Assembly (NCBI GenBank): GCA_965644295.1
Contig: CBFFRP010000255.1
Location: forward strand, 202,281-266,280
DNA from: Paraphysomonas bandaiensis
Taxonomy: Eukaryota > Protista > Chrysophyceae
Reading direction: 5' to 3'
Length of the DNA stretch: 64,000 bases
Below are positions 44,603 to 57,647 of the stretch, one piece after another; within the stretch, counting starts at the first letter, position 1, and each line of letters opens with the position of its first letter. The notes under the pieces were generated by a model. That model saw only the letters and a list, made by a program, of their open reading frames with translations, searched no databases and was not told the origin of the DNA. A program made the translations under genes and the position numbers.

Positions 44603-45466
44603 ATGCAATCTATAGGGAATGTAGATTTCTATAGGGCCAGTGTGACTCTCTTCACTGTTGGTCTTGTTCTCCTTCTTGCGGTCGTGCCTTTATTAATAAA
44701 AGAAGCTAGTGGTCGGTTATTTTCGGGGCTGTCAACGCTAACATCAGCCTACTTTTTTGCACTGGCAATATTAGGGTTACCAGGAATGACTTCGTACGAA
44801 GAATCTAATCTATATTTATCGCACTGCTTAATATTAGTCGGATGCTTCGTTATGTTACTTCTCCGCCACGCTGGGTTCGATTCGACAGTTACCATTCGTG
44901 ACCAGGATAACAGTAGTGGTGATTACGCATCTCAAGATCCAGAGGTGGAAATGATGCTGCCAACAAGTTCCACCGAATCTGAAAATAAAAGTGCTAGTCC
45001 AGAAGTAGAGAACGCAAGTGGAACAGATGTACTGTATCGTGAAAGTAATACTTTAAATTGCTTGGCGTGTCTTGCAGCGTCAATTACTGTAAATTGTGTG
45101 GAAGGTATGCTACTTGGGTCGAAGCAGCATCGGGGCTACGGCGGACTCATTGCTGCTGCAGGAACCACAGGATGCGTGTCACTTGCCCTAGGAACATTAC
45201 TTCTACAAAACGACGCTTTCACCAAAGTATATACCCGTTTTATTGCGACACTAGCCTGCAGTTTTCCTGTTGGATTTATATTGGGCTCTCTTGATAGTGT
45301 TGGTTCTGTGTTCTCTACGCTGTATGCCGGTGTGTCGATTTCAAGAGGATTTTTACTTCAAATTGCTTTTATGACTATTTTGGCCTCTAGAACGCCATGG
45401 AACTACGGTGATATGGTAGCAATGATATTAGGAGGACTGATTGCGGTGGTATTATCGCTACTTTAG
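44603..45466 (+). CDS. Divergent ZIP/SLC39-like polytopic membrane protein
   Basis: 3+5 hydrophobic segments around a polar loop; VEGMLLG, FPVGFILG and GFLLQIAFMTIL resemble ZIP TM4, TM6 and TM7. Confidence 0.6.
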   Translation: MQSIGNVDFYRASVTLFTVGLVLLLAVVPLLIKEASGRLFSGLSTLTSAYFFALAILGLPGMTSYEESNLYLSHCLILVGCFVMLLLRHAGFDSTVTIRDQDNSSGDYASQDPEVEMMLPTSSTESENKSASPEVENASGTDVLYRESNTLNCLACLAASITVNCVEGMLLGSKQHRGYGGLIAAAGTTGCVSLALGTLLLQNDAFTKVYTRFIATLACSFPVGFILGSLDSVGSVFSTLYAGVSISRGFLLQIAFMTILASRTPWNYGDMVAMILGGLIAVVLSLL

Positions 45467-45963
45467 AATAATTGTTAGTGTATATGGTATATGGTCACGT
45501 ATTTGATGTGGAGATGTCTTCACATTAGCTACATTAGTATATCAATAATAGCATTAACTTAATGCCATTAAGATTTAATAATATAGACGAATCGGGTTTC
45601 CTGGAATCTTCTATTTCTGATAGCTAATGGGGACTACGTTGGGTTGCTTTGCAGTGTGTGTAATCTAAACCACAAGATAAAACATAAAAAGCTTTCCATC
45701 TCATTTCCTATTTAACAATTCAACCGTAATTGTCTATAGTTAACTTGAGTGTGTACTTTTACTACGAACGGTGTGATAATGAAGTCAAAGACCATCCAAA
45801 TTCAACTTATGAAGAATTATTACATTATTTCCGCAAAGCGCACATAAGATAATTCACAGCTCACATTAATCAAAATGGCAAGGAAAACTAAAGAATCCAA
45901 ATATCCTCTCAAGCCACTGGAGACCGTGTTAGTCAAATGCACTATACATGTAAGACTAGATAT

Positions 45964-46901
45964 TTAGCCGAGAGTGGCGGCAACACCTAGCTTGTAGGCG
46001 CTAAGGTCACTGGAAGGAACTTCCACAGAGGTATTGACGGAGCAATTGCTTGAAAGCATCTGCTTAACCGAGACAGCCACCTTTCCATTGGAGTCGACCT
46101 TACCCTTGATTGTGGTATCTGGGTTGCACTTGTAGGAGCCACCAATACGCAAAGAGGTAGTAGACTTCTCGGGTGCGAAGTTGAACACACCAGCAAGGGA
46201 GTACTTGCCACCAGCGAGGTAGGCGAGAGAAAGGGCGTAGTCCTTGAATTTATTGGTGACGTGAAGGCCAGCGAACATCTCCTTGGCAACGGAGTAGCTG
46301 CCGCAAAAGTCAATGCTCTTGAAATCCATCTTGTCCCCAAGGGAAAGAGAAGCGGAGGCACCACCAGCAAAAGGTCCCTGTCCAGCAAGGACGGAGCCCT
46401 TAACTGAAGAGAATTCGGCAACGTCGAATTCAACAGCTGCGGTTGCCAGTTCGTTCTTATAAATGGCACCTAAGTCACCCTTGTTGGAATCGTCACCCTT
46501 GAACTCGAACTTAAGTCCAGGGGCAACACCTGTCAATGATGTCTCGACAACAACATTGCCACTATTTTTCATCTCCAACTTATCGACAGCGAAGCCTGAG
46601 GAATGGGCCCACTTCAATGAAACTTTACCACCAAGAGAGCATTTTCCGTCCTTGGATGTGTAGTCAGTGGTGGTAGTGAGTCCCTGTAAACATCATATAA
46701 GCTATTCAATCAAAACTTGACAATTATATACTTACCACACCCTTAGGGGCCTTGGACTTGACCTTGAGTGTGTACTTGTAGTCAAAGTCCTCATCCAGAA
46801 TGTCTGTGAATATATACTTGAGAAAACTATAGGAGAAAGGTGACAGGCATCAACCTACCTAAGGCGACTTTGTTGAAGTCCTTGAAAAGAGGGAGAGACA
46901 T
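45964..46901 (-). CDS. VDAC: Mitochondrial porin (VDAC); 3 exons
   Basis: MSLPLFKDFNKVALDILDEDF N-helix, beta-strand pattern, TIKGKVDSNG, C-terminal YKLGVAATLG; strong codon bias. Confidence 0.92.
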
Positions 46902-47363
46902 AGTTACTGTGTACGGGGTAATCACTTCACCGAATACTAAGTAATGAGAGTGGGATGAGCAGGACTCAGCGAACAACTTATCGAAAAATCGAAAGCAAAA
47001 AACAATGCAACACACAAAAAGAAGCTTATAAGCCATTTGTTCCATCTTTCAAAACTGAACTCAAATCTTAGAGGGGTAAAGTTTATGTTTCAGTTTGAAA
47101 TTTCTTCCTACAAGTGTTTCGGACATATGTAACATATGGAGGTTTACATAGAGAATCCATCGCATCTATACAGCAGTATATACACTGTATATAATTCTAC
47201 GGTCAGACAGGATCTTGTATGAGTAGATGGTGAGCGGTATTCGCCTGTATTACGATCCCCTCATCTGCTGTGAGCTCATAGCGTCCGCTCTCTCGGATCC
47301 TGCAGACTACATGAGCCCGAGTGCATTAACAGAGTAACCATACTTCAAACAAATCTTTGAGTA

Positions 47364-49355
47364 ATGAATCTATCTAATTCAGAGGGAGATCATAGTTTTG
47401 GGGTGGAGATAATAAGCTATGAGGTTAATGGGGACTTGAACTCCAGTGATAGTCATGTATTTGGGGTTCAGATTTGGGTGTGTCAGGATATATACACGAT
47501 AAAGAGGAGCTACACTAATTTTTGTGATTTTGATTCAAGGCTACACAGGAAGTATCCCAAGTCAAATCTTCCGGAATGTCCTCTAGCGGGGTCGACGACC
47601 ATCAAGCTGCTGAAATCCGTTGTTGGTAAATCCGTTGTAGGCACTAATAAGCGAACCTTCCTGAAGAAGGGCATGGACACCTCAGAGGTTGTTTCTCAAA
47701 AAAAGGTACCCCTCACAAAATATCTTAGTGATCTATTGAACATCCCTGAAATTGTGAGATCCAATGAGCTTCTCAATTTTCTTGATATTGAATCGAGTGA
47801 TGGTGACGAAGTCACGATGGCTAATATATCTACCACTGAATACTTGCTAAGAACTGAGAACCCGACAACTGTGAAAGTAATTCGAAGATGTTCTGTCCCA
47901 TTTCCAGTAAAGGCCAAGCAGTATATCACATGGAGATTCTTTACAAAGAAGAAAGACATCGGATTTAGTATTCAGATAGATGACAGGGTGGTGCTGCCAT
48001 ATCAGCGGTATAACTCTCATGAGGAGGTGGTGGAGGGCCTTATGGAAGTTCCTTTGGATGGAACAGCTACATTGCTGTGGGACAATGCTTACTCGAAGGT
48101 TCGCTCGAAACTCCTTACATATGTACATAGAGTGGTAGATTCTGATCTATACTTGGCGGCCAGTCGATCATGCCGAGATATATCCCGCGAGAAACACGAA
48201 AGTGAAGTCAGGCGAAGTGCATTGAGAAAGGCGCTGTTCGAACGGTCTGATGTTCTTCTGGAGTCCACTGGACTTAGAAGCACTATCTCCTTGACTGACT
48301 TTAACGCGCAGTCGCAAATGAGGTTCGTGTCACTTACATGCTGCCATGCCGAGCGTTAACATTGCTTAATTATATACAGTGGGGATACAGCCCTATACGA
48401 AGACTTACAAGGAGTAATAGAACAGCTACGTGGAGAAAAAGAATCTCTACAGCTGGCGCTATCATTCAGTGAACAAACCATTAATGAGCTTCGTGGAGAG
48501 CTCGAAGGCTACAAGAGTCGGGAAAACCTGCTTGACCGAATGATGGCGGAGCACGAGGGTGTTAATTCACGTATGGAAGAGTTACAGAAGGAGAACGATA
48601 AGCAACGAGAGGAGAACAAGGAATTGAATTCGGCTTTGGCAAAGGCACAGGAGGAGTTAAAGGTGACTCGTCAGACAATGGAGGAGTGCTCTCGACAGAG
48701 CCGACGAGATTCCACAGCAAACATCAGCATGCAACAACAGCAGGCTGCCCTGTACTCTCAGTTGCACGAACTAACGGTAGATCTGGAACAACAGAAGTCA
48801 GCGGCAACTGTTTCTGAGGCACAGATTCAGCGACTGAAGGGTGAAAAAAAGCAACTTAAGACGTATGCGCTACAGCTCAAAACGAAGGCAGAAGAGCTTG
48901 AGGAGAGTGCAGGGTTGTGGAACACCGCGCGTGACACAGTCAACAACCTTGTACATGAACTTGGGCCTCTGCGAAAGGAACTGGGCGAGCAAATAGCTTC
49001 CTTGGAAATGTTCAAACAACGTTTTGCGGCTGCAATCGCGGAGCTTCCTCCAACAGAAGGTTCAGGGGCTCTCATGGAAGACGGAACAGCAGCACTGTTC
49101 TGTGCCAATAACTCCGCATCCACTGCAACTATGATGTGTGAGTTTGCTGAAATGAAAGGAATTGTACCGGCTGGTACTAGCAGTAGAAGTGTGGAGTTAA
49201 GTACAGGGCCAGTTAATACAAGCGATATGCCGTCGAATGAAAACGGACCAGATCGGAAGTCATCTCTAATTGACACAATGAAGCTTTCGTTGAGAGATAT
49301 TGGTAATACAATGTTAGAAGCCGAACAATCTTTTGATAAGTTACTACAAAAGTAG
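47364..49355 (+). CDS. PX + GOLD + coiled-coil protein; 2 exons
   Basis: PX IKRSYTNFCDFDSRL..LLNFL; GOLD WRFFTKKKDIGF..LLWDNAYS; intron 48323-48379. Confidence 0.85.
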
Positions 49356-49612
49356 TATGCCATCGTTACCGTGTGCTTTCAAATGTATATTGATGAAATT
49401 AATTATATATAGATGTTTTCTGGAGTCGTTGTCTCGAATAATCACGCCACACCAAGTTTTGGAAAACTATTTCCCTTGGATATTATCGAATTAGTAGCTA
49501 GTGCCAGATAACTTTCATATATGACTAGTGCGTGGATAGCAGATATAAGGTAGTTTGTTGGAGCCGACTACGGAAATGCTTTTATGTGTCATACTTCAAC
49601 AACTAAATTTAC

Positions 49613-50585
49613 CAGAGGGCTGCGTATCAATTAATTATCAATTGACGCAGGTTTTAGTCAATTGTAATTATTTAGTACTACTAAACTACGTTGCCTGCCA
49701 ATATATAGCTACCTCAATTCTCCATTGTCATTTCATTCCAGAGGCGACAGTTAATGCGTAATAACTAATCTCTAATCCGTCATAACACTAACTTAGCTCT
49801 AATCAGCAAGTTGCAGCAGTAACGAGTTTGCTGGTTATTGATTAAAAGTTTTGCTTGCTTGAACAAGCATTGAACAACTAGTTCTGAACTAGACTCTCAC
49901 TGTCATCATCTTCTTCATCCTAATCGCAAAAATATTTACTTTGATTCTTTTCCGTCTGAGTTAGTGCAGCTTCATTGCCACATTAAATCTTAAAAAATCT
50001 TCACAACTGCGTCTTCGAAAGCAGAGTTGTGAATAATATAGCAGCATTGTCGCCCAGATGACGCTCGTCAATCGGGCGCCTGATCGGAACACTAGCTGAA
50101 AGAATTCCAATTCCCCCCGAAATTCACGAGCTTCTTGGCATGCTCCTTAGTATTAGAGTTAACAGATCGGAATCAAACTCGCTTATGATTAGATAGAAGC
50201 AAGTAGCGATCAATCATAGCTAATGTGGAGCCCCTTTTCCAACAGGACACTCCCGGCATTGTCGAGTCTCTATAGCAACATCTTCGTTGTTATTATCATA
50301 TATATTCTCAAAGAACACTTGTGCAATGACTTCTGGCTCCTCTATTGCAATTAATTGTTATGTAAAAATATCCTATGAATTTTATTATATCTGTGATGTT
50401 AATCATAAATTAACAATTCGAATGCAGTTTTTAACAACTTTTCAGAATGAAAAGGTGGTATTTTTAAAAATAATTAATTGACGCAAGCTGGAGTCATTTA
50501 TAATTGTAATTATGTTTTGACGTCCCTATTTCAAATTTCAAGTATTGCAATTTCAAAATTGACAATTAATTGATATGCGTCCCTG
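49613..50585. mobile_element. hAT-type non-autonomous element, 973 bp
   Basis: Imperfect TIRs CAGAGGGCTGCGTATCAATTAATT / AATTAATTGATATGCGTCCCTG; 8-bp TSD AAATTTAC/AAATTTAG. Confidence 0.8.
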
Positions 50586-50987
50586 AAATTTAGTTTCCTA
50601 ATGTACTATATATTGGTTTTCCCCATTACACGCCAATAACATTCGAATACACAATTTGTAACCCATAACCCACCATACAGCGAAACTCAACACCACATAG
50701 ATTGCATACAGAGGGCGCTATATGCTATATGAAGTATAGTGGAATATGAAAGAAGAACCAGATTTCTGATTTCTATTGTCCTATGAGTATGTCAGTATTG
50801 TGTATACACCCAAATCATCAAAAGTTCAGTATGTTCTTAATATTGTCATATTTCATATTATACTACCACTCGACTATTAAATTTATCCTACACTTGCAGT
50901 AGTTTCAGTACAGCATAAACGTAACTATGCACACAGTATATTGTTCAATTTATCCAGTGTCGATAATTTTTCTAAGTTCCAGAAATT

Positions 50988-52956
50988 TTAGGCATTAAGA
51001 ATTTTGTACTGCTCCTCCAGTAGTGACAACTTCCCTTCAGTGACATTTATATTACATGCCTCTGGTAGCAATATCTCTGCATCTAATATGTGCTCATCTG
51101 GAAATGTATTAAAGTAGTCAATAACCTCGTCAATTTCCTTGCCAATAACTTTTTCGCTCGCCATTCGCATAATGGCAATTGCTACTTGGAAAATGATGGT
51201 CCAACTTGATTCCACGATGAAAACATCCCATATGCGATCAATTGTGTTGGCGGGCATGGCTTCAGCATAGAGGAACAATGTTTGAATCCATCCGATACTG
51301 AAGATTTCCAATGAGAGACCTTCCTTTTCAAGGTATCTATGCAAATCAGGGCAGTAAATCTCAAAAAGTTTTGCAAGCTGCCATATCCTCAATCGAAGCC
51401 CAAAAACGCTATTTCTCGAGTAGACATCTACAACAAATGTCATACCAAAGATACAATCAGGTGGAAATTACCTGATAGATTCATAGACTCAAATAGGGCC
51501 TCTAGCACAGTGAAGCACTCACGTTCTCTCTGCTCATCAATTTCTCTCCGCCTGTGACGTTCCGAATCCGGAAATGAGTGAGTGCTGACGGCGCATCGTG
51601 CGGCACGCATTAGATGTACCACTATCCGATCCAATCCCTGGCAGTACCCAACAGATTCGAACCTTGTGGAAAAGGCCCGTAGTATAGAAGTTAATGATTC
51701 TTTCTTGCGCAAAATGTCTGCTTCCGTGAGAGCTGGAGGGGTGCGTGGTGGAGAAAGGCTGCCACTATTGCTGCGTGGAGGTGTGACAGGTGGAGATGGT
51801 GACCCCTCTGACCGGTGCTCTCTCTTACGAGTCCTTCTATTAGAGGCGCGCTCCCTCTCAACACCTTTAGATTTGTCCTGAGGAGTGTCTGGCCAGCGCA
51901 TAGTTCCACGATTGCGGCCCCAAGGTCGACCACGGGAATCCAAAGCATCGTCGTCATCATCATCATCGTCATCATCTTTATCGATGTTCCCGTCATCACT
52001 TCCCTCATGAATAGTGTTCATGTACTTGCGTGGAGTGGGCGAATCATCCACGGCACTCAGTATCTCTGAAGGTAGCAGTGATCTATAGAGAAGCCACGAT
52101 TACAGTTTGACACATCATTATTCAATTACCCTCACCGTCGATCAGTCATCCGCTTACTTACAGAGGTTCCGTAAGCTCTATTTACATCTTTGTCAATCTC
52201 AAACTTGTTAAAGTCGGATGCCTGAGAAATTAGACCAGAGAATGTATCCGGCTCCACGAATCTATCCACTGCTAAAGTGTAGCACCAGAATTTCCACCTA
52301 CACGCAATTGACACTGTACCGTATCGCACCAGCCACTGACGCAATAGTTCGTTAGTCCGGTAACTTAGGACAGAATGCCAACGGCTATTCACTCCCGATA
52401 ATCGGGCAACAGAAGACACATCCCCTATGTAGCAGGCGATGAGAATGCAACAATTTGCCGGAAGTGAGCGCTCATTCGGACTGGTATCGATCCTGCCCGC
52501 GGTTCGAAGAAGATTCTCTAAACAATCTTGTTTGCCGTTAACAATCATGGTATCCATTATATTAGACATATCAAGCGCAGCCTCACGCCTCAAGCATTTC
52601 GAAAAATCTTCAAGCCATTTCATTTTCTCCTCCAGCGAATCGGCAACCATTATCATCATTGCTTTCTTCGGGTCTGTCGTCGTAACGGAAAACGCAAATT
52701 GAGAATCATACAATCGAGGGATTTTACTTGAGTTCACATTTTGTGAGTAGTTCGTAATGTGAAGTGACCCTTTCAGCTTATAAGATGCCGTTACTTGAGG
52801 ATCGTTATCAAAATATCTCAGCGTGCAGTGCTTATCCAAAGTGAAAAACCTCCTACACACACAGTCAACTCGCTTCATTATATATTACTCTATGAACCTC
52901 TTCCAAGATTTCACCCGCCCATTGCTCCTCTTATAGAGCCAGCCACTCTGTTCCAT
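50988..52956 (-). CDS. PH-domain plus TBC-domain Rab GTPase-activating protein; multi-exon
   Basis: PH SGWLYKR..SWKRRFFTL..KMKWL; TBC R-finger IDKDVNR, Q-finger GYCQGL, WIQTLF, RIWDVF. Confidence 0.88.
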
Positions 52957-53514
52957 ATCAAGCGAAGACTATGAATTGCGATGAAGTGATTCAGTTATAG
53001 CATTCTTCAACTGTCGGCTGGTTACAGTTGCGATTATAATGTATGTATAAGAGTGTTATCCCATACACTCTGAGAATATTGAGAGTCTTTTACTGCACAG
53101 AACTTATCAGTGAGTGAGGATGATAATCTCGATATGATATGATCGATCCACACACGCCTCTCTGTAACAGCGTGTACATGCAGTGCAGGAGGGTCTGTAT
53201 ACTGTATACTGCACTGTATTGTCTGTAACCTACACGCACAAAACTGTGTCCATATTTGGCGATATCTATACAGAATGTATGACAAGAATACAACAGTATT
53301 CCAGATTCACCTGACTTTGCTGTAGTATACGGTCGTAGTCTGGACGGTAGTTTACAGCAGTATGCGCTATGCAGCAGTGTAGCGTATATAGCGTATAGCG
53401 TATGGGTCTAGCAGTAGTCTAGAGTCTATTACAGTACAGTGCAGTGCAGTGCAGTGCTGTGTTGACTTGCAGTCATCGCTCGTCTCATACACAAACAACT
53501 CTCCATATTCCGCC

Positions 53515-56027
53515 ATGTCATCTGATGCCATCCGAATGGAACTAGAGGCGGAGCTGAGCCGTGTGATAGCATCTGAGGAGGCTCTAGACAGAGAGCTGGC
53601 TCATAGTTTTGCTTCTATATCAGGGGGTAAATCCATGCCCAAGGGACTGTCGTACGAGTCCACAGACATCGGACACAACCTACTCAAGGTCGAACAGTTT
53701 TCCCCTTGTTTTGAAGCCATGGTACAGGACTCGCAGAAGCTCGTGGGTCAGATAGATGAGTGTCAGTCACTGTCAGATCGGTTGAGTATCATTGTCAGGA
53801 GACTGGATATGATTCAACTCAGAGCACAGGAGGCTCTTGCTTGTGTAGAAGATGTCATAAATTTAAAGGAATGTAAGGTTGGGATTCAGCTGGCATTGGA
53901 GAACGGCGATATACCACAAGCTGTTGATTACATTCGTAAAGTTCATCACATAGATGAGCAAGCTGCTAGAGCTAGTGATGACTATGCGGCTATACAGCAG
54001 GCAGAGAAGGAGGTGTGTGCATTAGTGCGCGGCGAGTTCCAGCAGGCCATTGAAAAGTCAGACATCGAAGAAGTTTTGAATTTGTGTCCGCTATTGCAGA
54101 CAGTAGGTTTAGAAAATGAAGCACGAGATACTTTCATAGAGTTCATGGAAAAAAGTGTATTCATTGGGGTGTCAGCGGATGCTGCACCACTAGACAACAC
54201 TACTGATCACGCAACAGCATATGCTCAAACACTGTCATCAGTGTTTAACACCACGTGTATGATTTTTCAGCAGTACCTACCTGTAGTGATTCAGGGCATG
54301 GAAAAATCCGAGGGGGACGTGGTCTTTATCCGGCGCCTTCATGCCAAGTGTGAGAAAGAATGCGAGGTGGTGCTTAAAAGGTACATGGCGTTCCGCAAAG
54401 TCAAGTCTTTAATGTCGTCTATCAATAAACAACCGTCATCATCGGGAGGAGTCACCCCGGAAAGATCAGGCAATGCCCAAGCTCCTCTTTCTCCCGCGGA
54501 GATGCATTCTCTGTTGGACGAAATAGCACTGTTGTTACAGTATTGTGGGTCGTATTCCAAGTACCTGAGGCTATTATGTGAGGGCGCTGAGCGACGAGAA
54601 AGAGTGGATAGTACTACGAAACTACCACCAGCGTCAGGCTTCGCGAGGGCTCGTAGCCTATCCTCTACGTCAGACACAGGAAGCGTACACCGTGTAAGCG
54701 TTTTCCGTGGCCCCACTGACTTCGACCGCATGAAAGATGAGTTGATCAACAAGTACTACATTGAAGGTGAACATTGGCTTATACAATGGGGCATCAAAAC
54801 CGCGATGACAGGAGGGGAGTCAGACTTAGATGGATGTTTCTTTGTGTTGCAGAAGTGCTCTCAGCGTGCGATTGCCACCAGTAATATCCAGGCGGCCTGC
54901 GCAACTCTGCATCTTATATCAGACCACCTCTCCACAGACCTGCTGCAGCATTTTACTGACACTCTGATGAGTGCCGTTTCACGATTGTCGGTCCGTATAA
55001 CTGATACCATGTCCAAGTTCCTCCGCAGTAGCGCTTGGTACAGTGGATCTGATAGCAGTGGTGCCAATCATAGTAGAGGCCTTTCGCAGGGTCTCCAGAC
55101 AGCCTTGTCACTTGCCGCCAACTTGTCGCGCACTGACGGTAGAGAATCCACCACATCTTCGCCTTCCCCTTCGGCGGAGGACATGTGGGGGGTGTCATTG
55201 TATATGGAAGTGCTGAATCGGGTTGAGCTCTGTGTAAGGTACACTGAGAGTCTTAGGAAAGAGATCATCAGTGCTGGGACCGCTGTCTATGAAGATCAAG
55301 AGTCGCAAAAGCAACCAGTAGATAAACACAAGATTTTGTCAGACGCTATGGCCAAGCTTCAACTTTGTTTTGATGATTTTGACAATACGAAAGAGTCTTT
55401 TGCGCAGGCTCTCCGGCACGCCGCCGGGAATTTGGCAACACAATCAGGGTCTGTGATGAAAGATGTGATTTCCAGTATTCTGAGTAAGAGCGGCCCTGCT
55501 GGTGGTGTAAGGTTTGATTTGGAGGACGAGGCATTTGATGCCCAGCAAATGGTACAAATGCTTCCTAAACTGCTGATATCTCCCTTTGAGGTGTTGATCA
55601 GTATGTGCACTGACTCTCTCAGTGAGTCTAACCGCGATATGGTTGCCGGTATGCTTGCGGATGCATACTGCAGTAGAATAGAGTATTTCATTTCTCAGGT
55701 AAAAGCTGTTATTTAATTAGTAAATATTGGCGATGTTGACGTTGTTGTCTTTAGACATCTTTCAGTTATGCTGGAGCTCTTAAGCTGGACGAGTGTGTAC
55801 GGGCGCTTAACGGGGTATTTTCTCAGGCTTCTTCCGTGTCTATAAGGTCGAAATTTTCTCGACTTCGTGACATTATGATAGTACTCACTGCCGATACAAC
55901 ATCTCTATCTGGAAATACTGGATCTGCAGGCATAGGGCTAGCGTTGACTCAATATCACAATGTTTCGTACATTACAGAGGCAGAGGCGCATGCATTCATA
56001 TCACTCAGAACAGATTTTAAGGAATAG
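53515..56027 (+). CDS. COG4: Conserved oligomeric Golgi complex subunit 4; 2 exons
   Basis: LSDRLS..VRRLD..EDVINLKEC, DGCFFVLQKCSQRA, GALKLDECVR, SIRSKFSRL, ISLRTDF; intron 55699-55754. Confidence 0.88.
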
Positions 56028-56152
56028 TGCGTGATTGTTTTAAGGTATCTGTACTAACTATCAATAGTTTTCTCGTGCGTTTGAATGTAGTCAATATAAT
56101 AATAAAGTTCTTACTACCCAAATTGTACTACTTATCTTAAGTTTATTTTTAG

Positions 56153-57175
56153 CAGAGCTTCATACTCGATAACAAGTAATTGTCAATTAAATAATTATTT
56201 AATATGCAATAATTGCAGTTGAGACAGCCAATAATAGCAGCATATTAAAAGTGACTACAACCTGCTTCAAAAACTACAATATTATTTTATGTGTGAGCCG
56301 AATGATAAAGTTACATTTGACCACGGGTTATAAGGAGGCTATATCGCCCAGCGGTCAAATTTTGAAACGAGGGCGAAAAGCTGTTTATTAGTAATTTTAT
56401 GCTGTAGTTCTAAGGTACCTGAATTGTGACCGTTAGTCGAAGAATGAAATAGTGATAAACAGTCAACAGTATAATGATAGCTCATGTTACCAGGGCCAGT
56501 CAAAAATATATTGGATTGCAATGTATTGCAATTATTTTTATTTGCTTGCTACAATATATTGATTATTATTTTAGCAAAATTTGGCATCGCAATATATTGC
56601 AATATATTATATTGCTCATGCTAGTGTGTCTTAGAAAATATACTTGATTTATGTTATGGACGATGGAGCGTATAAGATCGTGACTATCTACCCGGGATTG
56701 GGAACAATATATTGTAATATATTGATTGGTGGACTGGTCAAATATTTCATCAATATTGTTTCTGTTAAAAAGTAGCTCACAATATATTGCAATCAATATT
56801 ATGATTCTTAACTGTAGGGTAAAAAATATAAGTCCATGTAGTATATAAATCTCCGTTCTGAAGTGATTATTGCAACAATACAGAGGATGATGAAGCTGAA
56901 GTTGGCTATGTGGAAAAAATTCTTCAATCAGCTCAAAAATTTAAGAACGGAAAGTTGAAATATTTAAGTACAGGTGTGAAAGTCATGTTGTATGTACTTC
57001 CAATACATGTGAACACCTGTTCAGCGCAGCAAAACTGATTATATCAGTGTTGCGCAAACGTATGCATCCTTCTACACTTAATATGCTGTTGTTTCTGAAA
57101 GCTAACCGACAGTTGTGACCGGATTCAAGCATATTTCAAATAATATTGGATGAATATGGTGATGATGATATCACC
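56153..57175. mobile_element. Decayed DNA-transposon-like sequence that hosts the copia insertion; continues at about 62643-62850
   Basis: MITE-family motifs at 56180-56285; CAATATATTG repeats at 56550-56800 and 62775-62820; interrupted coding remnant at 56880-57175. Confidence 0.4.
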
Positions 57176-57180
57176 GATGA

Positions 57181-57473
57181 TGTTGGGAAATGCTCATTTT
57201 ACTTAGATCAAAGAGAGATTAAGTTGTTAGACTAGATAGATTTATTAATATCGTTTACACAAATTGTGTTAAACAACACAAGCTCGTTTTGTGCCATGCA
57301 TAAATCACTACTTCTGTAGACCTTTCGCTACTAAACATATCTTGAAAGAGCAAACTATTTCAGTTTTCTCAATATCATAACAGCATCTACACATCACCAT
57401 ACTTCACTGTATTCTCGTACATTGTCTTCAAGTACCACATTGAATATACTAGGATACAGTCCATATTCTAATA
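57181..57473 (-). repeat. 3-prime LTR
   Basis: Matches 62345-62637; element-strand ends TATTAG..CCAACA. Confidence 0.97.
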
Positions 57474-57484
57474 CTCCCACTCAA
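57474..57484 (-). promoter_or_regulatory. Polypurine tract
   Basis: TTGAGTGGGAG directly before the 3-prime LTR. Confidence 0.85.
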
Positions 57485-57647
57485 TGTAGAATGCAGTGAT
57501 ACGAAAACAACAATGAGTACAGTGATCTTCATGCTATAAACTAGTCTCATAGGTAAAATAGATGTGAAATCTTATCAAGATACATATATAACTAGCAGTC
57601 AACTAGATATATAGTTATGTGGGATTCTCACCCACTAAAACACACCT

